DNA of 32,000 nt from Candidatus Omnitrophota bacterium (lineage in GTDB: Bacteria > Omnitrophota > Gorgyraeia > Zapsychrales > JANLHA01), in assembly GCA_963662715.1 (NCBI GenBank), contig OY759724.1, positions 1,650,001 through 1,682,000 on the forward strand, given 5' to 3'. How positions within the stretch are numbered: the first letter of the stretch is position 1; the number at the start of each line of letters is the position of its first letter. Below are positions 1 through 8,900 of the stretch, piece by piece. A program made the translations under genes and the position numbers. The notes under the pieces were generated by a model. The model saw only the letters and a program-made list of their open reading frames with translations, had not been told where the DNA came from and searched no databases.

Positions 1-2
1 CT

Positions 3-1124
3 TATAGTTTTTTTGCCTTCTTTATCGCGGTTTACTGTTATTGGCTCAGCAGCCTTTACCCGCTTATTATCCTGGAGAAAGCAGCTGTGTGGTCGGTTTT
101 TCTGTTAAGTGTTCTTATCATCAACCTGATTATCTGGGTCGGATATCTGTCCATTAGTTTGCTGGTCTATGTCTCGTATTTTCTTCTGCTCGTGATTTCC
201 TGGCAGACGTTTAACCTGGTTATCCTCATTACCGAACAGGCGCATTGGCAGCTTGCCCTGGCTCTGGCGAGTGTGGCTTTGCTTCTGCTGCTCGCTTGGC
301 GAATGACGGTCTTAAATGAGGACAAGTTTGAATACGGCTATATTATTTCCTGGCCGCATAAGGAATTCCTCCACAATCAAATCAAAGCCGGAGAACTTTA
401 TGTCCGGGCGATACATTTTATTAAAAGCCGGCTCGGGCTTAAGCCCCGCAGAGTTGCCGTTCCTCCTTATCCGAGAGAGGCGGCCCTTTGGCGGAGGGCG
501 TACCATTGGCATTATTTGGATTTGGCTGAATTGAAAAGTATTTGGATTCTGCTTGTGGTTTTGACGCCGGTCTATGTTTACCGCATCCCTGGGATGTCTT
601 TTTTTCATGACTTTTACAGGGATCCTTACAGTAATTTTTTGCTTTATGCCATTGCCCCTGTCCTGATCGTTTTATGCTCGAATTATCGTAACATGAGCAC
701 CTGGCCGCATGATCTTCTGAAACCGGTCCGAAAAAAAGACTTTATTAAAGAGCAGGGGGCGGGACTTTTGGCGGGGCTGGGGCTGTACTGGCTGTTGTTT
801 GTGATGTACTTGGTCTTTATCCCGCATTGCGTGCTTCAACCCGCTGCCTTGTTGAGCAGCCGGTTCTGGGGATATTTGGCTTTGTCAGGAAGTTTTGCCT
901 TCTTGACATTGTCCTGGGTCATTTTTATGAGCACTTATTCATCCCGGCCCTGGTTTGTCCTGGCTAACGGAAGCGTTCTTGTGGGGCTGGCGCAGTTGTT
1001 GTTTGTGGTGGCCGGGAAACAGCCTTTCATGATCAATATGTTGAATAGTGCTCTGTGTTGGGTAGGCATTTATTTATTTTTGAAATGGGGTTACCGGAAA
1101 TGGTGTCAGGCTGAGACAGCCTAG
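3..1124 (+). CDS. Polytopic integral membrane protein of unrecognised family; the 5' end probably lies upstream of the window
   Basis: The frame is open from nt 3, with no stop before the first listed start at 87. The extra 28 codons are hydrophobic (YSFFAFFIAVYCYWLSS...). The protein has many hydrophobic segments throughout. Its stop, TAG 1122-1124, sits within the AGGAGGG Shine-Dalgarno of the next gene, so the two are probably co-transcribed. Confidence 0.6.
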   Translation, partial: YSFFAFFIAVYCYWLSSLYPLIILEKAAVWSVFLLSVLIINLIIWVGYLSISLLVYVSYFLLLVISWQTFNLVILITEQAHWQLALALASVALLLLLAWRMTVLNEDKFEYGYIISWPHKEFLHNQIKAGELYVRAIHFIKSRLGLKPRRVAVPPYPREAALWRRAYHWHYLDLAELKSIWILLVVLTPVYVYRIPGMSFFHDFYRDPYSNFLLYAIAPVLIVLCSNYRNMSTWPHDLLKPVRKKDFIKEQGAGLLAGLGLYWLLFVMYLVFIPHCVLQPAALLSSRFWGYLALSGSFAFLTLSWVIFMSTYSSRPWFVLANGSVLVGLAQLLFVVAGKQPFMINMLNSALCWVGIYLFLKWGYRKWCQAETA

Positions 1125-1135
1125 GAGGGTTTGAT

Positions 1136-2578
1136 ATGAAAGTCAAAATGATTTTACCCGCGTTGTCTGAAGCCAAGAGTATATACTGGCGGCCTTTGAA
1201 ATATTCTTTGTTCCCGCCTTTGGGTTTAGCGACTTTAGCCGGTTTTCTTTCCGCTGAGGATGATATCGAAATCCGGGATGAACATGTTGAAGATTTATTC
1301 CTGGATGACGATCCTGACCTCGTTGCGATCCAGGTTTATATTACAGCCGCCCACCGGGCTTATGAAATAGCCGATCATTACTGCCGGAAAGGCGTTTACG
1401 TTGTTTTAGGCGGTTTACACGTAACCTCTCTGCCGCAGGAAGCCGCTCTTCATGCCGACACGATTTTTTTAGGTCCGGGCGAAGATACCTGGCCGCAATT
1501 TTTGCATGATTTTAGGCATGCGCGTCCCCGCAAAATTTACTCATCAACCCATCGTTCCCTGACCGGCATCCCGCCTTTGCGGCGGGATCTTATTAAACGG
1601 CATTTGTATCTGGTGCCTAATTCTTTGCTTGTGTCCCGGGGCTGCCCGCACAGATGTGATTTTTGTTATAAAGAATCTTTTTTCCAGGGGGGCAGATCTT
1701 TTTATACCCAGACGGTCGATGATGCGCTTCATGAGATCCGCCGTCTCCCGGGGAAGCATCTTTTTTTTCTTGATGACCATCTCTTCGCTGATGAACGCTT
1801 TGCCTTGTCGTTGTTTGACGGAATGAAAGGAATGAAACGGGTCTGGCAGGCTGCCGGGACAGTGGCTTCCGTATTAAGGCCTCGTTTAATTGAGAAAGCC
1901 GTTGATTGCGGATTGAAAAGCCTGTTTGTCGGGTTTGAAAGCGTTAGGTCGGATACCCTCGCGGCATACAATAAACAGCATAACAGCAGAAGCGATTATG
2001 ATGATGCCATCAGAAAGCTGCATGATTTGGGTGTCATGATCAACGGGAGTTTTGTCTTTGGCTGGGATGAGGACGGCCCGGATGTTTTTGACCGGACGGT
2101 CGAATGGGCCATAAGTCACGGGATTGAAACAGCTACCTTTCATGTCCTGACGCCGTATCCCGGAACCGCGCTTTTTAAACGCTTATTATTTCAGAAACGT
2201 CTGCTAAAAAAGAATTGGGACCTGTATGATACCCGGCATGCGGTCTTTGCTCCGGCACAAATGTCGGCTGAAGATTTGGAGAAAGGATATGGGAGGGCGT
2301 ATCGTGATTTTTATAAGTGGGGATCAATCTTTCAGGGGGCGGGGAATCATGCCTCAGGAAAAGATGCTTTGCGGCACCTGGCTTATGCCGGGGCCTGGAA
2401 AAAGTGTGAGCCATTATGGAATTTTATTATCAAGATTCGGCAGATTCAGAAAATGCGTCCTTTCCTGGAAGCGGTCCTTTCCGGGGGGCGGCGGGAGGAA
2501 GGGCGGATTCTTCCCGCCGTAAAAGACAGGGGGGTGCTGCAAAAGGAACGGATGTCATTTAAAACCGCCGGACCGTGA
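1136..2578 (+). CDS. Cobalamin (B12)-binding-domain radical SAM enzyme (class B type, DUF4070-like C-terminal region)
   Basis: CxxxCxxC radical SAM cluster motif in SRGCPHRCDFCYKE. The N-terminal Rossmann-like block (LPALSEAKSIYWRPLKYSLFPPLGLATLAGFL ... VVLGGLHVTSLP) is typical of B12-binding rSAM proteins. AGGAGGG Shine-Dalgarno 7 nt upstream of the ATG. Confidence 0.85.
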   Translation: MKVKMILPALSEAKSIYWRPLKYSLFPPLGLATLAGFLSAEDDIEIRDEHVEDLFLDDDPDLVAIQVYITAAHRAYEIADHYCRKGVYVVLGGLHVTSLPQEAALHADTIFLGPGEDTWPQFLHDFRHARPRKIYSSTHRSLTGIPPLRRDLIKRHLYLVPNSLLVSRGCPHRCDFCYKESFFQGGRSFYTQTVDDALHEIRRLPGKHLFFLDDHLFADERFALSLFDGMKGMKRVWQAAGTVASVLRPRLIEKAVDCGLKSLFVGFESVRSDTLAAYNKQHNSRSDYDDAIRKLHDLGVMINGSFVFGWDEDGPDVFDRTVEWAISHGIETATFHVLTPYPGTALFKRLLFQKRLLKKNWDLYDTRHAVFAPAQMSAEDLEKGYGRAYRDFYKWGSIFQGAGNHASGKDALRHLAYAGAWKKCEPLWNFIIKIRQIQKMRPFLEAVLSGGRREEGRILPAVKDRGVLQKERMSFKTAGP

Positions 2579-2646
2579 ATGTCCCAGCATATCCGTTGAG
2601 CGCTCAGGCGGGGTTCAGAACATCATAAAAGAAAGGAGGGAGGATT

Positions 2647-2856
2647 ATGACACCGGAAGCCATCAGAAGTTTATGCAAAGCGGCATCTCTGGTTTCGGTT
2701 GTGGCAGGAGCATACGGAATGGTCTTGTGCGTGCCGTTTATTGCAAGCCCCCACGTGACAGTTATTGCGGCGGCCAGCCTGCCCTTTATTGCCGGAGCTG
2801 TTTTGATTGCCGGAGGATTGGTGAGCTACACGATGCTCATTCGCAAGGAAGCATGA
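2647..2856 (+). CDS. Small (69 aa) two-TM membrane protein, unknown function
   Basis: Strong Shine-Dalgarno (AAAGGAGGGAGG) a few nt upstream of the ATG. Two hydrophobic helices (LVSVVAGAYGMVLCVPFIA and LPFIAGAVLIAGGLVSYTML). Followed by the GC palindrome GGCGGCGCCGCC at 2869-2880. Confidence 0.55.
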   Translation: MTPEAIRSLCKAASLVSVVAGAYGMVLCVPFIASPHVTVIAAASLPFIAGAVLIAGGLVSYTMLIRKEA

Positions 2857-2941
2857 GTTTGACCCTTAGGCGGCGCCGCCTATTATAAAAAGATGATATG
2901 CTTTTGCGATTGTGCCGCAGGCATAAAAAAGGACGCTCCTC

Positions 2942-3884
2942 ATGAGAAAGAGTCTTATCCCATTGCTGCTTGTCGTAATGGTCTTTTATTCCTGTTCTTG
3001 CGAAGAAAGGCCTGGCAGAGAAGATCCTGTTGCTTTCCGAGATAACAAACTGACTTTCAAGCTGGAAAACGTTCCTCTAGCCGAGGAGCCTTTGGAAGAG
3101 ACGGATTATGCAACAGTCATAAAGAACATTTCTTACGAATTGCTTGAGCCTCAAGACGGTCATTTTATAACGGATGAGCAGATAGCCAAAGTTAAACTTG
3201 AAGCCAGCGGATTCAAAAGGAAAGAAATCATTTCTTCCCATAACCATCCTTTTATAAGTGCGCTGACATATTCATTCAATGATCATCGCCCGTTAATCCT
3301 CTCCCCGGATATGATATGGCTTTTGATTTGTCAGGGGTTCGGGGAACATGTTAATGCCAACGCTGAAGAGCTAAGAGACAGATTTGTCGATCATCCCGGC
3401 CAAAAAACACTCGTTGTTAAAAGGCATGATTTTGTTAAAGGTCATGAGGCGAATCCCTGGCCCGAAGTTTTTCCGTTATTTTCAAAACAAATAAAGAAAT
3501 ACTCTAATAATGATTTGTATGACATCCTGGTTGCAAACTATTCTACAACCACGCAAGCCGAAAAAACCGCATATGAAATGACATTTATGTACACCAATAA
3601 ATTTTATTTTGCCTATAGATTCGAAACCTGGTGCGGAATTCCGAGCATTACTTTAGAAGGGACGAAAGAGGACTGGGAAAAGATTCTTTAAAAGAAAGCT
3701 TGAGTTCGGGGATTTTCCGTCCGGCATATATATTGCACCCCTGGAATGGTGTTATTTGGGTGAGACTTTCGATATGAAATTAGTGGCGGGCTTTGTAGGC
3801 ATGACCCAGGATAAAGATACCAAAGCCGTACGCCCGGAAATAAACTGGATCATATACGATGTTACTGATGTTTCGGAAAAATAG
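2942..3884 (+). pseudogene. Disrupted DUF4419-like lipoprotein gene: an N-terminal 249 codons, then a C-terminal remnant in another frame
   Basis: The ORF 2942-3691 begins with a lipoprotein-like signal (MRKSLIPLLLVVMVFYSC). It carries blocks I recall from DUF4419 (HPFISALTYSFNDHRPLILSPDMIWLLICQGFGEHVNANAEELRDRFV; CGIPSITLEGTKEDWEKI) and then stops. A different frame, open over 3657-3884, encodes ...FGDFPSGIYIAPLEWCYLGETFDMKLVAGFVGMTQDKDTKAVRPEINWIIYD*. That looks like the family's C-terminal end, but it has no start codon of its own. Confidence 0.55.
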
Positions 3885-3890
3885 TGACCT

Positions 3891-4685
3891 ATGAAATCAA
3901 ATTTGTCTCATAACGTATTGAAATTGACTCTTCTGTTTTCGGGCGTCTCTACTTTGGGCCTGTTTATAGCCATGGCGATACATGAATTGGGTCATATCAT
4001 TGTTGTCCTTTATTACGGGGGGCGGGTGACAAATCTTCATTTGCAGCCGTTTTCCCGTTCTGTCGTATCGTATTCCGTCCCGGCATCAGCGTCACAGTTA
4101 TGGATCGCCTCCGGGGGCATTGTTTTCAGCATGATCATGGGCGGACTCGCTTTTTTGCTCGCACGTAAAATACGGTCTCCATACGGGTTGCCGGTCATTA
4201 TGACAGGAGTCGCGGCTTTCATCGGGAATGGTTTTTATTTTGTTTTTGGTGCAATCATGTACGGCGGCTTCGGTGATCCGGCAAAGTTAATGGCTTCGGG
4301 GTGCCCGGCCTATGGCCTTGTGATTTGGGGCGGTGTCCTTTTTATTCTTGGCTGCCTAGCTTTCCTTGCGAATCTTCCTTTGCTCGGGATCGGTCCGGAA
4401 GATTCCTGGGGACGAAGATCTGTCATCTTTGCCGGAGGTATTGCGCCTTATTTGATATGCGTGATGGTTTATAACGCTGTTTTTGATGAGACGCGCATTC
4501 CGCATTATTTTACTTTTATTGTTGGAACTATTTTTATGCTGTTGGCCGGGGCTTTTATGACCAGGTTTTTGTCTGAGCGTTTGAGATGGCTCCAAAGACC
4601 TGCTGTAAGAGTTTGTTGGAAGCATGCATGGTTTGCTGTATACTTAAGTGTGCTTGTGATTACGATAGAGCTGGTTTCTTTTTAG
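3891..4685 (+). CDS. Polytopic membrane protein with an HExxH motif (M50B / site-2-protease-like putative metalloprotease)
   Basis: HELGH lies inside the first hydrophobic segment (GLFIAMAIHELGHIIVVLYYGG). About 6-7 further TM segments follow. A later GFGDPAKL segment could supply the third metal ligand. Confidence 0.6.
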   Translation: MKSNLSHNVLKLTLLFSGVSTLGLFIAMAIHELGHIIVVLYYGGRVTNLHLQPFSRSVVSYSVPASASQLWIASGGIVFSMIMGGLAFLLARKIRSPYGLPVIMTGVAAFIGNGFYFVFGAIMYGGFGDPAKLMASGCPAYGLVIWGGVLFILGCLAFLANLPLLGIGPEDSWGRRSVIFAGGIAPYLICVMVYNAVFDETRIPHYFTFIVGTIFMLLAGAFMTRFLSERLRWLQRPAVRVCWKHAWFAVYLSVLVITIELVSF

Positions 4686-4767
4686 CGGAGCCTGCCGTAA
4701 AGCCGTCAAACTAAACGAAAGAAAACCGGATGACCGTGTTTATTTCATAATTTTTTAAAAGTGTTCT

Positions 4768-5478
4768 ATGCAGATTTTATTTTCATTTTTTCTGGCCGTA
4801 TTGCCGGCTTTGCTTTTAGTCCGGTATTTTTACAAAGCTAATCCGGCCCCCAAAGCCCTGATCATTAAGCTGTTTCTTCTGGGGATTATATATACTCTTC
4901 CGGTTTATATTTTAGAAGAGATTTTGGCCCGCTTTAATGTGTATACGGAAGGCTCTTTTATCCTGTATTATTTTTTTGAAGCCTTTATCGTTGCCGGGCT
5001 GTGCGAAGAATACATCAAGTTAAGAGTCGTTAAGAAATACGGATATAATTCCCCGTATCTGCAGGGAGAAGGCGACGGGATCATCCTTACTGTTGTGGCC
5101 AGTATGGGTTTTGCCTGTATGGAAAATATTTTGTATGTTATCAATAATTCCTGGTATATGGCTTTAGCCCGGGGGTTTACGGCGGTTCCCATGCATGCGA
5201 TTTGTTCCGGAGTCATGGGATATTATCTGGGGCTCGCCAAACGCGCCCGGATAGCCCAAGAACCGCAGACAGAAAAATATCTTATTAATAAAGGATTATG
5301 GCAGGCCATTTTAATCCACGGGTTATATGACTTTTTCTTGTTCATTTCTCCTATCCTGGGTTCAGTTTTTGCGACATTCACCGTTCCCCTTATGCTTTGG
5401 TATTATTTTTCCTTGAAAAGAACAATTCATAATGCTGTAGAGGATAGACTGCGGTTTTTTAAGGAGGGACAGGCATGA
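4768..5478 (+). CDS. prsW: PrsW-family intramembrane protease
   Basis: Ordered motifs of the PrsW/CPBP-like fold in TM helices: LPALLLVRYFY near the N-terminus, EEYIK (CEEYIKLRV), FACMEN, HAICSG, HGLYDF. Confidence 0.8.
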   Translation: MQILFSFFLAVLPALLLVRYFYKANPAPKALIIKLFLLGIIYTLPVYILEEILARFNVYTEGSFILYYFFEAFIVAGLCEEYIKLRVVKKYGYNSPYLQGEGDGIILTVVASMGFACMENILYVINNSWYMALARGFTAVPMHAICSGVMGYYLGLAKRARIAQEPQTEKYLINKGLWQAILIHGLYDFFLFISPILGSVFATFTVPLMLWYYFSLKRTIHNAVEDRLRFFKEGQA

Positions 5479-5921
5479 GTTTTATTTATGCTGTTTTTGC
5501 TTATCCCGCTGCGCAAATGGCGGCCTTTTTCTGGGGGGCAGAGCTTCAGTGGCTGAAAGGAGAGGAAATTCGGATATTGATCTCTCCGCAGCCTATTCAA
5601 GTCACAGCTTCCTGCAGCGGTTTTGGATTTTTTTCTTTATTTTATATTTATATTGTCTTTTATGTGGTACGGTATTGTCAAAGATCCCGGATGTGGGCTG
5701 CGGTCCTGATTCCTTTGCCGGCCGTTTATTTAGCTACCGTTGTAACTAACGCAGCCAGGATGATTTGCGCTTATCATATTGCCCGTGTCAGCGGGGCCTG
5801 GTTGCCGTCTTTTTTTCAGCCCATTATTCATATGGGGGTCGGGGTGGCTTTCTTTCTCGGTGTTTTTATCGTAAGCACTTTATTGTTGGAGAGAATATTG
5901 CCTTATGGAAGACAATCATAA
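5475..5921 (+). CDS. Minimal (148 aa) exosortase/archaeosortase-family protein
   Basis: All-TM protein carrying, in order, VTASCSGFGFFSL (Cys), VVTNAARMICAY (Asn-x-x-Arg) and IIHMGVGVAFF (His). This is the order and context of the exosortase catalytic residues. AAGGAGGG lies 6 nt upstream of the ATG, and the ATG overlaps the prsW stop (ATGA, 5475-5478). Confidence 0.7.
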   Translation: MSFIYAVFAYPAAQMAAFFWGAELQWLKGEEIRILISPQPIQVTASCSGFGFFSLFYIYIVFYVVRYCQRSRMWAAVLIPLPAVYLATVVTNAARMICAYHIARVSGAWLPSFFQPIIHMGVGVAFFLGVFIVSTLLLERILPYGRQS

Positions 5922-8900
5922 AATGACGATCCTGCCGGTCTCTGTGAAGAGCCGCATTCTTGTCTTTTGGGTTTTTATCCTGCCTCAATTTGTCCTTTTC
6001 CTTTTGAATGTTTTTTCGTTCTGGATTATCCGGGAGGACATGGCCGCTTCCCATCTTTACAAAGTCTTTACGATAGCCGGCTGTGAGATTTTTCTTCTGC
6101 TTATCATGTGCGTCCTGTGGATGTCCTGGAAGCGTGCGGGGCTAAATTCCATTCCCTGGAAATGGAACTGGTTTTTTCTCCTGATGCATATGGCGTATCT
6201 CTGGTACGTGAGCTATGAGATTCCCGCCGTCATTCCTGCGGGAACCGAAGCCTGGATTCTTGACCGGGGCCAGGTTATTTTATCCCAGTATGCTTTCATG
6301 ATGCCGGCTTTGTTTTATTCGGCCTTGCGCTTAGCGTGTTTTGAGACGCGTTTAACCCGGGGGGCGGATATCGGACGCAGCCTCCTGGTTGCGGTCGGCA
6401 TGCCGATGCTCTGGTATACAGCTATGCTGGGGCTGTCAACCTTTTACCGCTGGACCTGGATGTGGTTCCCGACGGCCATCGGAATGGTGTTCTTTGTCGG
6501 AAGCAGCGTCATCACACTCATAGCCCTTATCCGCCTAAGCGTTTTGATTTATAGCTGGTATCAGGGCCGGGATGCCTGGACTCACAATACCGTTATTGCT
6601 CTGGTCGCTTTGGTTGGGCCTTTGGCCGGGTTGCTTTTAAACCGGAACATCCCTTTCCCGGCTGACTTTCAGTCAGAAATCATTTATGGGCTGGCCGTCG
6701 TTAACGGGCTTATCCTGCTTGTCCCTTCGATCTTTAGAATGAAATATCAGCGCGTACGGCTGTTTTTGCGTGCATGGGCGTATCCTTTTACCCTTTATTT
6801 CTTTCTCGTGTTTTTACCTTTTCTCCCTTTATCCCTGCTCGCCATTTGTGCCTTGGGATTGGGATTCCTTTTTTTGATCCCGGTGCTTTTGTTTTTACTT
6901 CATACGAAAATACTTATTGAAGATTATCAGTCCTGCGCGCAGCAAGGTAGCCGTATGACCGCTGTTGCCCTTATCTTGTCGGCATGCCTTGTTTTGCCCG
7001 GTGCTTTTGTCGCTGAGACGCTTTGCGATAAAACCGCCGTAGAGCAGGCTCTCGATTATGTCTACGCATCTGATTATGAACAACCTCAATGGTATCCCGG
7101 GTCTGCAAGAGCTGTTGAGCGGACTTTAATAAAAATGCGGCAGGCTAAAGACGGGGCCCAATTGCCGTACCTTTCTGCGCTTTACAACCGGATTGTTTTT
7201 CACGGTATGGTTCTGCCTAATTCCAAAATGGAGTATATGTTCCGGCTTTTTACCGGAAAGTCTTTAAACGATGTTTATGAAAAATCGGCCGGCTGGCGCA
7301 GCCGTATCCGAGGGAGAGATGGTGCCATGTCCGCGGGCCGGCGCAGAAGGCCTGAACGGGACCGGAATGTTGTTCTTTTTTCAACGACCAAGACCAGCCG
7401 GAATGAGGGGGTTTCAACCGTAACGAAAATGGTGTTTTATTTTATAAATATCGGTCATGATAATGCGGCGGAATTTTTCAGGGAATGCACGCTTCCCCCG
7501 GGCGTTCTGATTACCGATTTTCGTTTGCAGCTTAATAACGAACTGGTGCCGGGGCAAATATTCGAACAGAAAACGGCCACATGGGTTTATCATATGATCC
7601 GGGACTGGACCCGGCGGGATCCCGGCCTCATTGTCTATAAGTCTCCGCAAGTGTTTGAGCTCAGCATTTTTCCTTTTCGCACGAGAGAAACCCGCTATGC
7701 CGAAATTGAATTTACCTATCCGCGTGATGCGGCACCGGTCATCTATATCGGCAGAAAAGGGATTGCTTTGCGTTCCCGGGATGAGGGCCCGCCCAGCCCG
7801 CCTGTCCCGTTAACGGGCCAGGACGCTTCAGGGAACAATTATTCGCTGGTTTTCCCCGAAATGTTGGAGTCTCTGGCAAAGATTAAAAGAAAGCCTTATT
7901 TGCATTTTATTCTGGATTTTTCCCTGGGAGAGGATCCGTCCCAATATGCGCAACAGATGATGGATGTTGCCGCTGAGTTCCCGGATATCCATAAGGGGAA
8001 AATCAGTGCGGCCAATTTTGAAGTTGAATCTTTGACCCGGGATTTTATAGATTTCAGAAACAGCGATTTAATAAAACAACATCTGCAACAGGTCCGGCTC
8101 CCGTCCCGCGGGGCTCTGGAGCTTTCCAGAGTTTTTAAGCACGAATTGACGATGTATCAATCCCGTCTTGAAAGCGAGGATTTTGCCTCATGGTCCGAGT
8201 ATCCTGTCTTTGTTGTTTTATCGCAGAAAAAAGATAACGTCATATCCCCGGAAGACATGTCGTATTTTCAATTCCTGACTCCGGAAAATGACAGTTATTA
8301 TATCAAAACGCCGGATCAGCCGGCGCAGAAACATCCGCTTTTCCGGGCGGTTCTAGACCCTTACCTGCCGGAAGATGTGGTTGTCTTCAGGAGAGGCCCT
8401 TATGTGTCATTCGCTCCCGGACCGAGATGGGAGAGATGGCAATGGCATGTTCTTATAAACCAGGGAAAGGGGAAGCAGCAGCCTTTGGAGGTTTATGATC
8501 CCAATCAAAAATATTTTGTCCCGATTTTATACGAAAGGATTCCCGGGGGCTCTTTTTACGGGCAAGCCCTGGGGCTGTACGTGAAGAATTATAAGGACAT
8601 TCTGAACCCTTCTAAACTTAAGCGGTCGCTGCCGGCACTCGTGCAGCAGAGCAAGTCCTTGGGGGTTTTGATCCCGGCCACAGCTCATATTATTGTCGAA
8701 CGCAGTTCCCAGTGGAAAACTCTTCAGTTGAGAGAATTTCAGCGGTTGCATAGTCAGCAGGGCCTGGAGTTTGAAGAGGACTTTGAAACACCTGCCCCGC
8801 CTTTCTGGCTGCTCGCGATAGCGTGCTTTTTGTGGCTCCGGAGCAGACGGGCGGGCGCAAAACATCCCATGATACCCTTCCCGGTTAGCGATTGTTGTTC

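Noticed and set aside
2869-2880. The palindrome GGCGGCGCCGCC as a rho-independent terminator; also TGAGCGCTCA at 2597-2606
   Set aside because: There is no loop of useful size and no downstream U-tract. I kept it only as a possible operon boundary marker, not as an annotated terminator.
2673-2888. A 71-aa ORF overlapping the 69-aa ORF in another frame
   Set aside because: It has no Shine-Dalgarno and its product is Arg/Cys/Gly-rich and nonsensical. The 2647 ORF has a strong Shine-Dalgarno and clean TM helices.
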